Source: Octopus vulgaris (taxonomy: Eukaryota). From it: 64,000 bases of DNA. Below, one piece after another: positions 37,898 through 53,054 of this stretch (positions are counted from its first letter, which is position 1; every line of letters starts with the position of its first letter). The notes under the pieces were generated by a model that saw only the letters and a program-made list of their open reading frames with translations, had not been told where the DNA came from and did not search any database. The translations under genes were made by a program, and so were the position numbers. The stretch spans positions 34,658,001 to 34,722,000 of the forward strand of contig OX597825.1 of NCBI GenBank assembly GCA_951406725.2, in the 5' to 3' direction.

Positions 37898-38737
37898 AAT
37901 GCTGACCAATGAAAACTGGATAGTAATTCCACTGAGTGACTATGTTTTGGTGCTCTTCGACATTAAATTATTGAAACATTTTTGTATCTTATATCTGCTA
38001 ACATATTTCGGAACAAAACACATCATTATATTTATAAAATCTTCAACTTAAAATTTATAAGTTAGTGAAGTTTTATGTTTTTCGTTTTTTTTTTTGTTTT
38101 TGTTTTTGTTTGAACATATTTAATGTCAAGCATTACAAAAGGCTTTGTTAGTTCTACTTATTATATTTTTAGGTTAGAATGGGTTTTTAATACGCAAATA
38201 CTGTGCTACCAAAAGCTTATTTTAAATTATTCAATTTATATCTTGAAAAAAAAAAGGGGGAAAAAACTTTCTTTTAACTGAGCAAATTTATGAATTAGTA
38301 AGCCTGTAAAATACCAACTATTCCATTATTTTAGAGAAACTTTTCTTGGCTTACTTAGCAAGATAGTTTTACATCTTTTATTTTGAAAATTTTTACAGGA
38401 AAGGAAATGCCCACTTTTGACTTAAGCTCACAAAAGTTATCTACCTTTAAGTAAAGAAATAACAGCACAATAACAAACGAAATAATTTACACTTAATGCC
38501 AAATTGTTTTTGTTATTATTATTTTTATTATTTTGTGAAAGATGTTTGGGTATGAGAAACTTTATTTCTATTTATTTTTCTGGAACATAAAAATGCCACT
38601 CTCCTAATTCGCAAATAATATTGTCTGACAGTTCTGGCCTCGTAGATATCAATCATTATATTCGCAAAAAACCCACTCATATTTTGTTACAGCAAATATT
38701 TAATGATAACAATTAAAAATATATATTTCTCCCAACG

Positions 38738-38762
38738 AATAAAAATAAAATAAAATAAATAA
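38738..38762 (+). promoter_or_regulatory. Candidate polyadenylation signal cluster
   Basis: Overlapping AATAAA motifs ~840 nt after the stop codon. Confidence 0.3.
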
Positions 38763-39203
38763 GTTATATCGTCTTTTATCTCTTATAGAGGCAAAATAAT
38801 TAACTTCCTCCAGAAAGTAATTACTACAAAGCTCTTTAAAATACACATTAAGAGAGAAAAAATCCCAACCACATTTTGGAAATAGATTAGAAGTATATAA
38901 AAATTACATATTTTATGAATGACAAACAGTAATTATTTACTATCATTTTATAATCGATTGTTTTAGTTTGCACACTAATTGGTAATTATTTTGACTAAAA
39001 TTAGTTTAATTACAACTCTGTTTGTGTAAAACCATATAAAGCTAAATATATGTGATTAGCCATGCAATTAATTGACTAGAATCCTCGTCCGGGAGTATTT
39101 AAAAAAAACATGTTAAGAAAAAGGGAGACAACAGCAATAATTTTTCAACACCATAAACATGCACATTGGAGAAGATCTGATCTTGAAAGCTAACTTGTGA
39201 AAA

Positions 39204-39238
39204 CAGACATGTTTTGGTCTTGTTAGACCACCTCAGTG
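39204..39238 (-). ncRNA. Degenerate minimal hammerhead
   Basis: CA-CUGAGGu-GGUCU-AACA-AGACC-aAAAC-AU-GUC-UG. Two core changes, stems intact. Confidence 0.5.
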
Positions 39239-40102
39239 AAGTATATTCTACTTAGATGGCTAGACTAAGCCTGATCAATTTATATAAATATAGAGATAGA
39301 ATGTAGTGATACTGATAACAAATATTAACAATATGACTGAGATGTAAGTAGATTGGGACTATTTATTATGTTAAATATATGGTACAGATTTTTATATATA
39401 AATGCACACGTATATGTAATACAATGAACTGAAAATTACATTCCCCTTGTTTCTATATCTTTTATCTTTTACCTGTTTCAGTCATTGGACTAGCCATGCT
39501 GGGCCACCACCTTGAAGGGTTTTGACGAATCTATCGCAGTACCATTTTTAAAGTTTGGTACTTATTCTGTTGGTCTTATTTGCCAAATTGCTAAGTTAGT
39601 GGGAAGTAAATAAACCAATACCAGTTGTCATATGGAGGTGGGACAAAAACAAAGATATGCACTACTACACAATTTCTGTTTAACAAATTCACTCACAAGG
39701 CATTAGCTTGAGGCTATTGCAGAAGACACTTGCCCTTGGTGCCATGCAGTTGGACTGAACCCAAAACCACATGGTTGCAAAGTAAGCTATTGCTTACTCT
39801 TAATATTGCTATTTAAGTAGAATCCACTCCAATCTGCAATTCCTATATTATCAAAAAAATTGATCAACTAGTTTTATTAGATTTATCTTCTGTGATTTTA
39901 AACATACACAGAGGAAGCTTTTGTCAACTAAATACTTGTATATTCTCAGCTAACCATAGCTGCTTCAGCTCATTATGTTGCGTATTTATATTTAGTATAC
40001 AGGACACTCCCTGGGTGGTTTTTCCCTCAACTACACTGTTTATATTGTTAATCAACATCATTACATTCCTTGCAATTATATATATATATATATATATATA
40101 TA

Positions 40103-40538
40103 TTTTTTAAAGTAACAAACTGAGGAAAAGAAATCCTTCAAAAGGATATGTTAAACATCCAATTCACTGGTACTTCAGTTGGATACCATATTAATATTGG
40201 TATAATTCAATAATAAGGATAAATTAAATATAGAGATATTCTATTGACATTCAATAATTTATTTATATTACAATATTATATTAAATACTATGAATATAAT
40301 ACATAACATAGTATTTCGTCTTTCTGAACCAAATTAACCCTGAAGGGATTTATATATAATTGAACTGTGATTAAGTACACCAGAAAAAAATATATATAAG
40401 TCGAAACAATTTGTTGGACTTCTATGGTTTTTATAATTATTTATATAATATTATGTATTATATTCATAGTATTTAATGTAATATTGTAATATAAATAAAT
40501 TATTGAATGTCAATAGAATATCTCTATATTTAATTTAT
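40103..40538. mobile_element. Fold-back PLE-like element with 88-bp inverted arms enclosing a hammerhead, between (TA)n tracts
   Basis: Arms 40219-40306 / 40451-40538 are nearly perfect. Confidence 0.8.
40338..40417 (+). ncRNA. Hammerhead ribozyme motif (A9>G)
   Basis: CC-CUGAAGg-GAUUUAUAUAUA..UAUAUAUAAGUC-GAAAC-AAUUU-GUU-GG. Confidence 0.65.
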
Positions 40539-41549
40539 ATATATATTTAAAAACTTACTGTTGATAAAAGTTGGGTGTGCATTGCATAAGTTACATAATA
40601 AATGAAAAAATGCATTGTAAATAAACAACAACATGAAGAAAACATATACATGTACTGAGTGTACAACCGGATGGGAGACAGACACAGAGAATCCCTAATT
40701 TTTCATCAGTTATCAGCCAAAATGGTAATACTCAGTTTCGCACCATTACATATATATATATATATAAATAAATCAATCTAAGTCTTGTTAACTGAGTAGA
40801 ATTCGCTTTGCTGTTGAGATCTCATAGACCTAATCACATCTGTTACTTTCACTCATTGTCTTTAAAGACCAGATTCACTCCAATCTACATTGTCTGAATT
40901 CTCCAAAAATTTTGTTCAACTAGTCTTCTTTTAGTTAATTTTTCAACTTACTTATTGTTTTTAGATTAGAGAGGTCATAGGGAGTTTCTGTCTGTTAATT
41001 GTTTGAATAATTTCAGTTGATGGCAGTTTTCAACGTAGTTTGTTGCACATGGAGTCTGACTGTATTTGATACAAATGTGTGTGTGTACATAAATGTGCAT
41101 CTATCTGTTTTTATTCATGTGTATGTATGTATGTATATATGTATTTGTATATATATATATATATAGGTATGATGTATGTATGTATCTTTTCTCACTTTAA
41201 AAAGCTTCAGGCACAAGCATTGATTTATTTTTAACATTTCTATTATGTGTTATGTACTGCAACTGGTTTTAACTTAGGAAGGCAAAACACAGACTAGAAA
41301 CTTCTATAATGGAATGAAGGCATGTACCAGCGTAGGTGGTAAACTCTCTGAATACCTGCTGCAAGAGCCACTCATCATTGCCACATCAGGCCCCAAGCAA
41401 AATTGAAAAGCCACAACCATGTCATACATGTTTACAGAGAATAACCAAGCAAAGGCATTACTTGAAATCAAATTTTAACCATCATATACATGAGTTTGTA
41501 TATATATATGAAAATATATGCATATAAATATATATATATATATATATAT

Positions 41550-41647
41550 AGGTAATATTTATCCCACTTAAATGTGGATGTTCTGTTGGAGGAACAAACT
41601 ATTGTTTTATAGAACATCCACATTTAAGGTGGGGATAAATATTACCT
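41550..41647. repeat. Short fold-back (~35-bp arms) abutting (TA)n
   Basis: aggtaatatttatcccacttaaatgtggatgttct / agaacatccacatttaaggtggggataaatattacct. Confidence 0.8.
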
Positions 41648-41721
41648 CTTGATACTAGTACTGCCTCTGTCACTATGTGTGTGTAGGTTTATATGTATAT
41701 TTTTAAATGTGAGTGTGTGTG

Positions 41722-41752
<31 letters not shown>

Positions 41753-43604
41753 CCAAAATAGGTGTCTCAACAGATCTCACTCCTTACAACAGATATATAG
41801 TGTAAGATTTCTGGAATGCAGCTGTCTTCCATTCTGATTAAAACCAACTCTACAATGCTGAGGTTTCATGAAGGTTTGCAAGTCTATATATTTTACTTAG
41901 GGAGAACACTTTGTGTTTAACAGTTTATCTTATGATCTTCTGTCATAAATTCTTCTGTTGCTAGACTCACATCTCACATTCCAAACAAAAGAATATGGAA
42001 AAGATATTTTTCTCAGTGCATGTGCACTTTTTATGCTCACTAAAGACACCAATTACATTTAAAACAATAGAGAAATTTCTAAGTGATTTTAGTTATTTTT
42101 ACATAAATAAAACATGATGACACAGTATCTCCAATAGAGATAAAACCTTGACTGTAGCAATTATTTGAGTATCATTGAAATAATAGGAGTCATCAGAAAG
42201 GATTGCAAGTTCTTATGAAGCATTTGACAAGTTACTTAAAACTGTTACTAACCTAATTGTCTGCTTCTAAAAATGTTCACTAAAACATGTAGTCTTCAGT
42301 TGTGTGTGTGTGAGTGAATATTGAATTGATTGAAGGATGATTTTTTTTTCTTTCTATATTTGCAATGAAATTTTATAATCTATTATTTAAATGTATTTTG
42401 TGTGCATCTTCTTTTAAGCAAGGCAAGCCAAGAAGCAGTTGTAAAATATAATGGTCTATACCATCTGCTTATATGGAAAGTTTGTGGAGTTATGCCTTCT
42501 TACACACTGTATGATTTGATAATTGAAATTTTAACACTAGATTTTGATTTGACTAGCCAATTTGAAGATGTTAATTTATTTTTAAAAAAGATACAGGTAC
42601 ATGTTTGAATATGAAGATCTTGACAATAATCAGTGGATTTTCAATGTTATGGGGTTCCTATTACATTCAAGTACAAATTGTCCCCGAAGGGGCAAACAAT
42701 CCCTAACAATCATTATAGCAAGAATCTTCCTTCTAGTTCATAGTTCATACTCTACCTTAGTAATTATCTTAATGTTTTCTTCAGCTATCGTGTGTGTGTA
42801 TGTATTTATATATACACACACAGAAACATATATACAGAGTGGACCAAAAGTCATGCATCAAAATTGAAATTCATTTACTATATATTGCACTTAATAATGT
42901 AATATAAATTAAATGTCAAATGTTTTGGTGTATGACTTCACAATCTCCATTTTCTTTTTCTTCTTTTATATGAATATAAACTGTTTTTATTCATATACCT
43001 ATTATTTTAAGGAAATTAATTCCCCCAAAATACTAAGTTTTGAACCCGTATTTCGTTGGATGAAACCATCCCTTCATGAGGTTAGCATAACCTCTAATCA
43101 AATTATATATATATGCATGTTTTTAGAGTGAAAGAGGGGAGGAGGGAGTGGTTCTAGTAACATTTTTTGATGCCTTGTGGTTCAATGTTCATTTTCCAAT
43201 GAGTTTGGAAATGTTCAGTTGCCTTATTAGAACTGGTCTCATAACTTTAGAACTTACTTGAAAGCTATCACTAAATGGTCTGATTATTCTCGTAGTGTTT
43301 GCTCAGAAATTAAATTTTGAGGAATAGAATTTGTTACTTGGAAGTCCATTGTAAAAGAGGAGCTGAAATATCATGCCACTGATTCTCTAACAAGGAATAC
43401 TCTAACAGAAACAAAATTGGCTCAAATAGTAACATTCCATAAATGACTTCCATCTCACCATCAAACACCTTCATGTCATGTTTATTTGCAGGTGCTTATT
43501 TAAATTTTTAGACTTTTATAGTTTTGAGAAATTCTTTATAGCCTGCCATTTCTTTTTCATAATTTTCTTGGTTACAAGAAGACAGCTTATTAAAAGTAGA
43601 TATT

Positions 43605-44080
43605 TAATAATAATTATAATCATAATAATAATAATAATGATGATGAAATTATTGCATACAGTACTCAGGTGCACCACAACTTGTCAAAGGTGCATATAAA
43701 GCATATGCAGTAATGTACAAATGTCTGGAAAGTGAACATGCTTGCATATGTATGGAGAGGAGAAAATCAGGTGTAGTGTTGGCAAATCTCAGGAAGCATA
43801 GAAGTTTTGAAGGATGCAGTGCTCCGACAACTAACAACTGATGCTGGCAGTTTGTTCCATACTTCAGCAACTCTTAACGTGAAAAAGTGTTTCTGAAAGT
43901 CATGGGAGCTGTGCTGTTTTCTGACTTTGTAAACATGTCCACGGGTGTTAGACAGGTGGAATTTGAAAAGGTGCTCAGAGTTATTGTTTGTAAGATGGTT
44001 AATAATTTTATGGGTGTCTGCCAAGTCAGCTGCCAGATGTCGGAGTTTCAATGTATCCGTGCCCAGGGAAGTAAGGCATT
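43605..44080 (-). mobile_element. CR1-type LINE 3' end (5'-truncated)
   Basis: ORF LRHLAADL..TRGHVYKV..HFFTLRVAEVWNKLPASVV..FK is the CR1-clade RT C-terminus, followed by an (att)n tail. Confidence 0.85.
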
Positions 44081-46729
44081 CAGAGAATATTTAGTCAGTA
44101 ATATATATATAATATATATAAACTATGTAATTCTAACAGAACTCAAACTTGAAAGTCATTCTTGTCAAATATCTATAGTTGACAAACTCAGAAATGTCCT
44201 TTAGCAGTTAGTAACTTGCATCATGTAACTGAAGCTATAGGTTATTTGTACCAATAATTTCAGTCAACAGAAGGATATTTGGTGTTTCAGAATGTCTTCA
44301 GATTATAGCCAAGTGCCTCACCAAAGATAGATGCGATGATTTTCTTGTGTGACAAGCTTACAACTCTCTCTGAGATGGTTGGAAATATCAGCTGTAACTT
44401 TATATGCGTGGGTCTTTTGCATATCTTTTAGTTTCTGCTGTTTCACTCTCATATAATTAATTATGTACTAACACTAGGATGTATCAATAGAATCTCATCT
44501 GATTGTTAGACTGAGTAAAATAATTTGTTCAAATTCACAACAAAAAGACAAAGGAAGAAGCTCTTTTTGAGTTAGGGCTTCTCAAAACATAGTCTTTTAT
44601 CACCTTTCCATGAAGTATAGTTGCTGTCCAATCACTTCTCTGAAACCTGACTAATTTGTCTCTGAATAGAATAGCATGTATTAATCTCTGCTTTTGAAGG
44701 CTTCTTTCAATAATAATGAATTCATCACAATAAGCAAATAATAATAATAATAATAATAATATGGATATATTTATGAATACAATATAATGAGGATATATTC
44801 ACAATTTCAACACAGCAAAGGTATATTCTACAGCAGTGATTAAATGCAAAATTTTTATTTTATTTTATTTATTTTTGTTTTTATAACAGAGACGAAAATG
44901 ACTGTCTCTTCTCTCTTAGCAACCAAGACAAACTAAACAGTGGGAGAGGGGAGTCATATTTTGGTATCACTATTTTGTCAGACAAGCTTTTCATACAAAA
45001 CTGTAACCTTACATCTTCCCTAATAAGGAAAGAAGGTGAAAGCAAAGAGAAAAGGGTGGAAATTGAATTCATAGGGGTGGATAGTTTTTGCAGAGTTAAA
45101 TGATGCCTACTTTATATGTTTACTTGTGTGTATGTCTATACGTATGTGATTGTGTGTGTGTGTAATGTATGTATATAAATATTGTGTATGAATTCATATG
45201 TATATATAGATGCTTATGTGATAATAGAAATGTATGTGAATATGTAGATAGTCATATACATAATGAATGTATTTATTCATATGTACATATATATGCGTAT
45301 GTGTCTATATGTGTTAATTGGCTGACACCTCTCAACTGCATTTTATTCTTCACATTCTGATATTAAAAAAAAATATTTTTATACTATGAAGTCTGACTGC
45401 ACTTAAAGAAAACCTGAACAGATGTTATTACTAAGAATCTAACAAAGGAATTCAAAGACCAAGTCTTCAATGACAAAACAGTACTGATAACATATGTATC
45501 TACGAGTGAGTGTGTGTCTGTGTCCCCATTTTTATCATTATTATCATTGTTTTCTCTGCTGATTATAAGTAGGATGACTCTACATTTATGACTTATATCA
45601 TTCCTCTTTATCCTGTGACATCCTATTAATGAGTCGCATCTTGATATTTAGATGTAGCTCTTCTCCCATGGTCTCTTTATATCCCTGTATGTTCCACTGT
45701 TAGTGTATGGCCCCTTATTTTACTCAAACAGCTATTATCTATTTGTATCATACTTTTACACCAGCTCAGTCATCTCCCTTGATGTTTTAATGCCTGCCCA
45801 CTTTCTCTCTCTCTCTCTCGGAACTACCTTTTAGGCAGAAAGTTAAAATTATACACCCAAGGAGTCATACCTGGCTCATTTTTCCTCAACCTCTACTGGG
45901 CTTCACGTTTTCAATATCTGTCCCTCATCCACCATAAAGTGAAACATATAGCTTCGCACTTCTTATACATGGTTCATATAATCTGCTTTTGTATGGTGAA
46001 CAAGTCTCTGCACTCCTTTCACCTCTTTATTACTCTAGCTATATGTTCACTTCATGTATTTCTTGCCCTTATTTGATCACTGAGGTAATACAAAAAGAAA
46101 ACTATCAACAATGTCAAGCAATCCATCTGAGTCAAATTTATAGACATCATTTCATGTAAGCAGTTACCGATTACCTTCTCCTGCTCATTTAATCATCAAC
46201 ATCCTCGTCTTGACATCTACTTTTCCATACTGGCATAAGTCAGATGGAATTTGTTGAGGCTGATTTTGCTATGGCCAGATGCCTTTCACTTATTTACAGG
46301 GAAAGTAATAGTTCCTCATGACCCAGTATGTTTTCATGGAAGATTGGAAATGGACACCACTCGCATAACAGTGAAGCTTGTTTACAACTATCGTGATATC
46401 AAGTCAAGGTGACAGTAATATACACCTGCATACATATTTCAGTTTCTATCTACCAAATACACTCACAAGGTTTAGTTGGCCTGGGGCTCTGGTTGAAGTC
46501 AGTTCTCCAAGGTGCCATGTAGTGGGAGTGAACCTGAAACCATGTGGTTAGAAAGCAAAGTTTTTACCATGCAGCCACACCTGCATCTACACCCATGCCT
46601 GTGCCTACACTATATAGCTAAAAACTTGGATCTCACTCACTCTAACAGAGATTCCTCTGCTCCTTTTCAATACATATTGTTTGCACTAAATACTCAACAT
46701 TGAGTCTCCTACCCTCTACTTACTTACTT

Positions 46730-47290
46730 GTCAGCTTTATCTCATATCCAAGAATTTAGTTTCTTCTTTGCTGAAAACTATGGTGATGGTGTTGATGACT
46801 CTGTAAACCATTTCTTGCATTGAAGAGTCAATGACATTGACTGCATGGGTGTAGGGTGTGGTTGATTTTGTTGAGCCTTTCTCTCCTATCATTTGATTTC
46901 TTCCAAGCCTGAAACTGTACCAAATGGGGTGTCCTATCATGTCCCTGCTACATCTACCCAGACCTCTCTTGGATTTTGAGTTCCTGTTCAAAACCAGTAT
47001 TTTATAGTCTTTGTACTGTTGATTTTTATGATGAGTTCAGTATTATATTGCTTCATTGCTTCACCTGCCTTTATAAATTCTTCACTAACATTCTTCCTCT
47101 CTTCACAAGGTATACATTTCCTCCAGATTTCTCTGGTACCAATATATTTCAGGTTTTGACAGGTACAGAGTCAGTTTCAGTGTATGCAGACTTTGTGTAG
47201 GAGATGCCATGTCTCTATTTGACTCTGCTTCCATTTACCTTATTTTGGCAACGAAGCTTTAATACTGCATGTCCATTTACTATTCTTGTT
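46730..47290 (-). mobile_element. Possible Penelope GIY-YIG endonuclease remnant
   Basis: Frameshifted CIPC..., GHPIW... motifs resembling the PLE endonuclease C-terminus. Confidence 0.35.
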
Positions 47291-50200
47291 AATCTATACC
47301 TCAGTGAAGGTGACAAGCTTATAGAATTGTTAGCACACGAGGTGAAAAGCTTAGTGGCATTTTGTCTGTCTTTATGTTCTGAGTTTAAATTCTGCCAAAG
47401 TCAGCTTCGACTTTCATCCTTTCAGGCTTGAGAAAATAAGTACCAGATGAGTCCTGAGGTTGATGTAATCAACTTAACCCCTCCCCTGAAATTACTGGCC
47501 TTGTGCCAAAATTTGAAATCAATATATATTTCAATGTTAGAGTTGTGATATGTCTGTGTGGAACTCAAAATTAACCTGTGGCAGTAAAAGCAGAAACAGT
47601 TCAGTTTATGCACACATTTGATGGTTCACTCACCATTGCTATGCTGGAGATAACCTAATATGTACAATAATCCATTATATTTTTAATTAATTAGATGCAC
47701 ATTCTAATTATTGCACATGTGTTTACATAACTAATTGAAGAGGATTACTTAAACATTTGTGGAATAATTAGTTTGTGTAAAATAATTCTACCCAAAAAGC
47801 AGAAGCTACAGGTATAAATGTGAGATAATATGGGAACATTAGGCTGATTAATCTCTTTTATGATCATATTTTTAATGTACTCCAAATGATTTTGAAATAA
47901 AAAACCAAACATCTTTAAAAAGCAAGGCCAGATTTAGTTCAATAACTAACTTTGCCATTTTTATGACATAAAAATTAAAAGGCAAAATTATATTTTAAAT
48001 ACAAACATTTATAATCAGGCAGTTTCATATGAAACCAGAGGTGGTCTCTTGTAGGTTTGCATCAGAAATGTAACTGATATGTCCAGAAGTATTTTCGCTA
48101 AAGAGCACTAAAATCCTTGATGAAGAACAGTATGTCAAAACTACTCTGACATATACGCATAAGCATAGATAGACTTTAAGCATTTCTCCATTCACATGAC
48201 ATATCCATTCCAGCACAACTGCTCTTGTTTCTTTGCATGTAGGAGCTAATGTCTTTAATGATGACCAGTTTGTAGTTTGTCTTGTGTGCTCTCAATTTTT
48301 CTATTACTGCCTTTAATATTGAAACTCCATATCTTATATACTATGTATCATCATACTCTTTACACATGTTTTGGATGATCTACTCTTTACAAAGGGTAAG
48401 GAAGGAGTATCCTTAGATGTTAACAGAGGTAAGAAATCTTAACTTCTATTTTAGTCAAGCTATTATATTTTCACAACAAACTCTAATAACTTAGATATTT
48501 TAACTAGATAACAAACTATAGCTACCTAAGTAACTAAGAGTGAGCCTCTATATGTTCTGTCTACCTGCTAGAGATACCAGTCAAATTTTCCTTAAATCAC
48601 TCACTATCAGTTTAGTAAAGGCAGGATGTATTGGATAATGACTAAAAATATTAGACAAACTGGTAACAGCTAAACATCTTTGATCATAGGCATGATCAAA
48701 AAGGATTGATCTGGGACTAAACAATAACAACAATTTCAAAGGAAATTGTTTAGTTGTCTATGAACTTGTTGTATAACCCCAGGTTGTCCCAGATCAAACA
48801 GAGCTACAATCAAAATTACTTTTATAATGATCATCCATCCTATCTAGTAAAATGTAGTTTCAGAGTGTGTTGGTTGCTATTTCTAACAGGTCATAATACC
48901 ATAAAGCAACTCCATTGATTTGTTGTTCATATTTTTTATTTCATGATTGCTTTGATAAGAAAAATTGTTGCTTTCAAGTTAAAATTTAATGATGAGCATA
49001 GCAAAGTCTAAAGTTCTGATTAGTAACAGAAAATACCAAAACCACTAACATTTTGATGTCTTTATTCATTAAGCTTTTTCTTAGTTTATCATTTGACCAT
49101 CTGCCATTGTATCTGTCTTTTCTAACCTAATAAGATCTAGTACAAGGCTAATACCATGATGAACCTAACCTGTAAACAAAAAAACCTATTTCAAAGTATT
49201 TCACTGTGTTAAATTCTAGCAGTGAAGGTTTACTAGGTACATATGAACATGCAATATATGTGTGTGTGTGTGTATAAATTAGAGAAGAGCCACCATGTAG
49301 CAATTCAACAATGATATAATTAAATCACACACACATATATATATAAGGCGAGTTTTAAGGTTGATGAAATAAGTACCAGTTGAATATTGGGTTTGTTGTA
49401 ATTGATATATCCCCTCCCCACAAAATACTGGCCTTGTGCCAAAATATATATATACACACAAACACCACCACACATACATACTATTTAATTGAAATTTTCA
49501 ATGAAGAGGTAGTAAAAATAATTTGGATATTGAGATAAGCAACAAAGGGATTTTCTTGTATGATTATTGTTGTGTAAAGGAGGAGAATAGTGGATTGTGA
49601 GAGCTGGGGAAATGCCTAGGCAGTATTTAGTTATGTCCCTTTATATCCTGAAGTCAAAAAATCACTTTACTTTTCATCCGTCTGTGATGGAGGTTGGATG
49701 ATAAGATAAAGTGGTAGTAAAGTACTAGGTTCAATTTGTCACCTACTACCCTTTCTTACAAAAATGTTTGGCCTTGCACCAGTTGATATAAATCAATATT
49801 ATAAGATAAATAGTATGAATGGGAGATTTATTTGTGTTTATTAAGAGATAAATAGCAATAGCTTAGATTTAGTTGTCGCTTATATTTTTATTTCACTAAT
49901 ATATTTTTAATTGATGGAGATGGGTTGACAGAAAATAGAACAGCCATGAACAAAATGTTCTTTGATATTTAATTATATCTATCTACGTTTCGAGTTCACA
50001 TTCTACCAGGATCAACTTTGCCTTCTATTCTTCTGAGGTCAATAAAATACCAGTCAAGCACTGGAGTCAATATAACCTACTGAGACCTTGTGGTGCCTAT
50101 GCTAGAAATCAATATTATATTTGTAATAAAGAATTTTGATTTTAATTTTCACTATATAATTAAACTCTGCAGATTAATTGTGTTTTCATTTATTTTCATT

Positions 50201-52392
50201 ATAAATTAGGAATTATCAATTCTGAAATTTTTTTCCGACTGAAAAGCAATGATTTTACTTTAATGATTTACAGATGATGTTAAAGCAAAGAAATGTACAA
50301 TGAAATGACTCATTTGTCTTGCACACTTAACCATGGCTTTGAAAGTAAATGATTTTGAATTTATAACTGCTCATTCATTAAATTATTTTTATATAGTTCT
50401 TTGGTGTGTAAATGACATTTGCGAAATTTATTCAATACTAAAACATGTATTTAATCATACTAATGAAAATATATTCTACTTAAATGTGATAGAGTGCATT
50501 AAAATATTTTATATGATGTTAACTATCTCTGTAAAAATTATTCAAAGTTAGTACTGCATCAAATATTCTACACTAAATCATTTCCCTACAAAACCAAATG
50601 ATTGCAAACTTTAGTCCTCCACTTACTGCTCCTTCTATTATTATTTTAACAGCCTCTAAGGTGGTAAGCTGGCTGAATCATTAATTCATTAGGCAAAATG
50701 CTTAGTAGCATTTCGTCCTTCTTTACATTCTGAGTTCAAATTCCACCAAGATCAACTTTGCCTTTCAACTTTTCAGGGTCAATAAAGTAAGTACCAGTTG
50801 AGCACTGGGGTCGATATAATCAACTTATCCCCTCCCCTGAACTTGCTGGCCTCTGATCATTTGAACTAGAATAAATAGAAAAACTGAGTGCCACTCAACA
50901 CATTTATCTGTCCTTCTCTTATCATTCAGTGTATCTCACTTGAGTCTCTTCTTTCAGTTCCTGTATGCTATACACACTTTTCCCCCAATCTTTCCTCTTC
51001 AAAACTGTACAAATTGTTTCTCTCTCTGCATATTCACAGCACAAAAATTTCGGCAGAATCTCATCCCCACTGACCCTACTGTTCTGCAAAAGCCCAGAAA
51101 AGGCTACAGTCTCTGTCTTGCCTCCTTAAATAATTATATTTTAATCAGTTTTATCATGTTCTACTCTATGATTGATTCTTGATTTCTCATACATTTTAAT
51201 ATCAAAAGTATGATTTTCAGAGCCTCTTGAAACTGTGATCTATGATGGAAGTTCTGACAATGCTACAAAGAACAAAGAATGTAGTTTTAGAGAGGAAGCA
51301 AAGATTCTATTTTGTTATTTCTTCGTCTTGTTTCTTGCCCACTTTACTTAGTTGTAAGTTTTTCTTTCAGTGTGTATGTGTTTATATTCAATAATATATA
51401 TATATATATATGTAAAGGTATATATGTACATGTGAAGATGCATGCTTCAGTGGTCAGAGCATCAAGCTTACAATCGTGAGGTTGTAAGTTTGATTCCCGG
51501 ATTGGGCTGCATGTTATGTTCTTGAGCAACACACTTTATTTCACGTTGCTACAGTTCACTCAGCTGTAGAAATGAGTTGCAACGTCACAGATGCGAAGCT
51601 TTATCAGCCTTTGCCTTTCCCTTGGATAACACTGGTGGCATGGAGAGGGGAGACTGGTATGCATGGCAATTGCTGGTCTTCCATAAACAACCTTGTCTGG
51701 ACTTGTGCCTTGGAGGGTAACTTTCTAGGTGCAATCCCATGGTCATTCATGACCGAAGGGGGTCACCCATATATGTACATACACTCGTATAAGTATATAT
51801 ATATATATATATATATTCATATATATAATATCATCATAGCTTACGGTGATGAGAAATAGAAGGTTGGGATTTTAAGCTTCATTCTATAGAAATATTCAGC
51901 TTAACTGCAAGTGATGGCTGGGGTGTGCATTAAGTAAGCTAGGAACCTATTAATGTACACTTTCCCTCCCCACCTCCACATTTGTATATGTCCTAATATT
52001 TGTGTATGTAATACACACACACATACTACTTCAAACATAAATCAATACAAGTAATATAAAAGCTTCTAGTTTATTTTCATTGCTCTGATAAAAATATAAT
52101 TTTTATTGTTACATTTCACTTTTACAATCATAAGCCATAACTTGCTTGTTTAAGTCAGAAGCCTTAAACACCATTCCGATGGATCTAGACTTTTCTAATT
52201 TTGTGGGGATTTTTTTTTCTAAAATTTGCAACTTCTTTTGTCTGGTAGAGCTTGCAAGGATGATGGGTGTAGGCCCAACTCCTCTGTCTAACTTATATTC
52301 ATGTAGCGATGTGTAGGATATATGTATTTTTTATTATTTTAGTAGAGGGTTGCAATGCTGACTTAGGAGCTGAGAATGTCATGCATGCTACA

Positions 52393-52435
52393 TACCAAAT
52401 TGACTTCAAATTCGAGATTTGAAGTCAGTTTGGTA
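52393..52435. repeat. 19-bp hairpin
   Basis: taccaaattgacttcaaat-tcgag-atttgaagtcagtttggta, with one wobble. Confidence 0.8.
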
Positions 52436-53054
52436 ACTGCCATTCATGAAAATTACACACCTTAATTCATTTGATAACTTTCTGCTGACTAAAAATAATA
52501 TAAAATATATATTATGTATTAAGTTCTGTTCATTCTGTTTGTTCTACCAATCCTAACACATATGCAATACATACATGCATAAATGTACATACATTCATAC
52601 ATACATACATGCGCACACACACACAGATATATAGTTAATAATTAGCAGAAGCTACAGAGTGACTCAAGGGCTGAGCATTTTGTTCTTTGGCACTTACCAA
52701 ATGCATAAAACTTTTGGCCCCTAAATCACTGTAAATTCTGCTTATTAATAATGAAAAGAAATATGTACTCATATTTTTGTGTTCTATTTTCTTGCTTGCA
52801 TCACCAAACCATTATATGTATGTATGTACGTATGCATATATATACATACATACATATATATATACACATACATATAATCATCAAATCAAATGCTAAATAT
52901 AATGGCTTTTGGAATGCAACAACATTTTGTAAACAAACTTCGGGAGCATCAAATGTATTTCATATTTTACAGACAAGAAAGTAATATTTTGAATGCAGTA
53001 TAGTCGTGAAAACAACAGAAAGATTAGGTTTTTTACCCTTATAAGATGGAAAAT

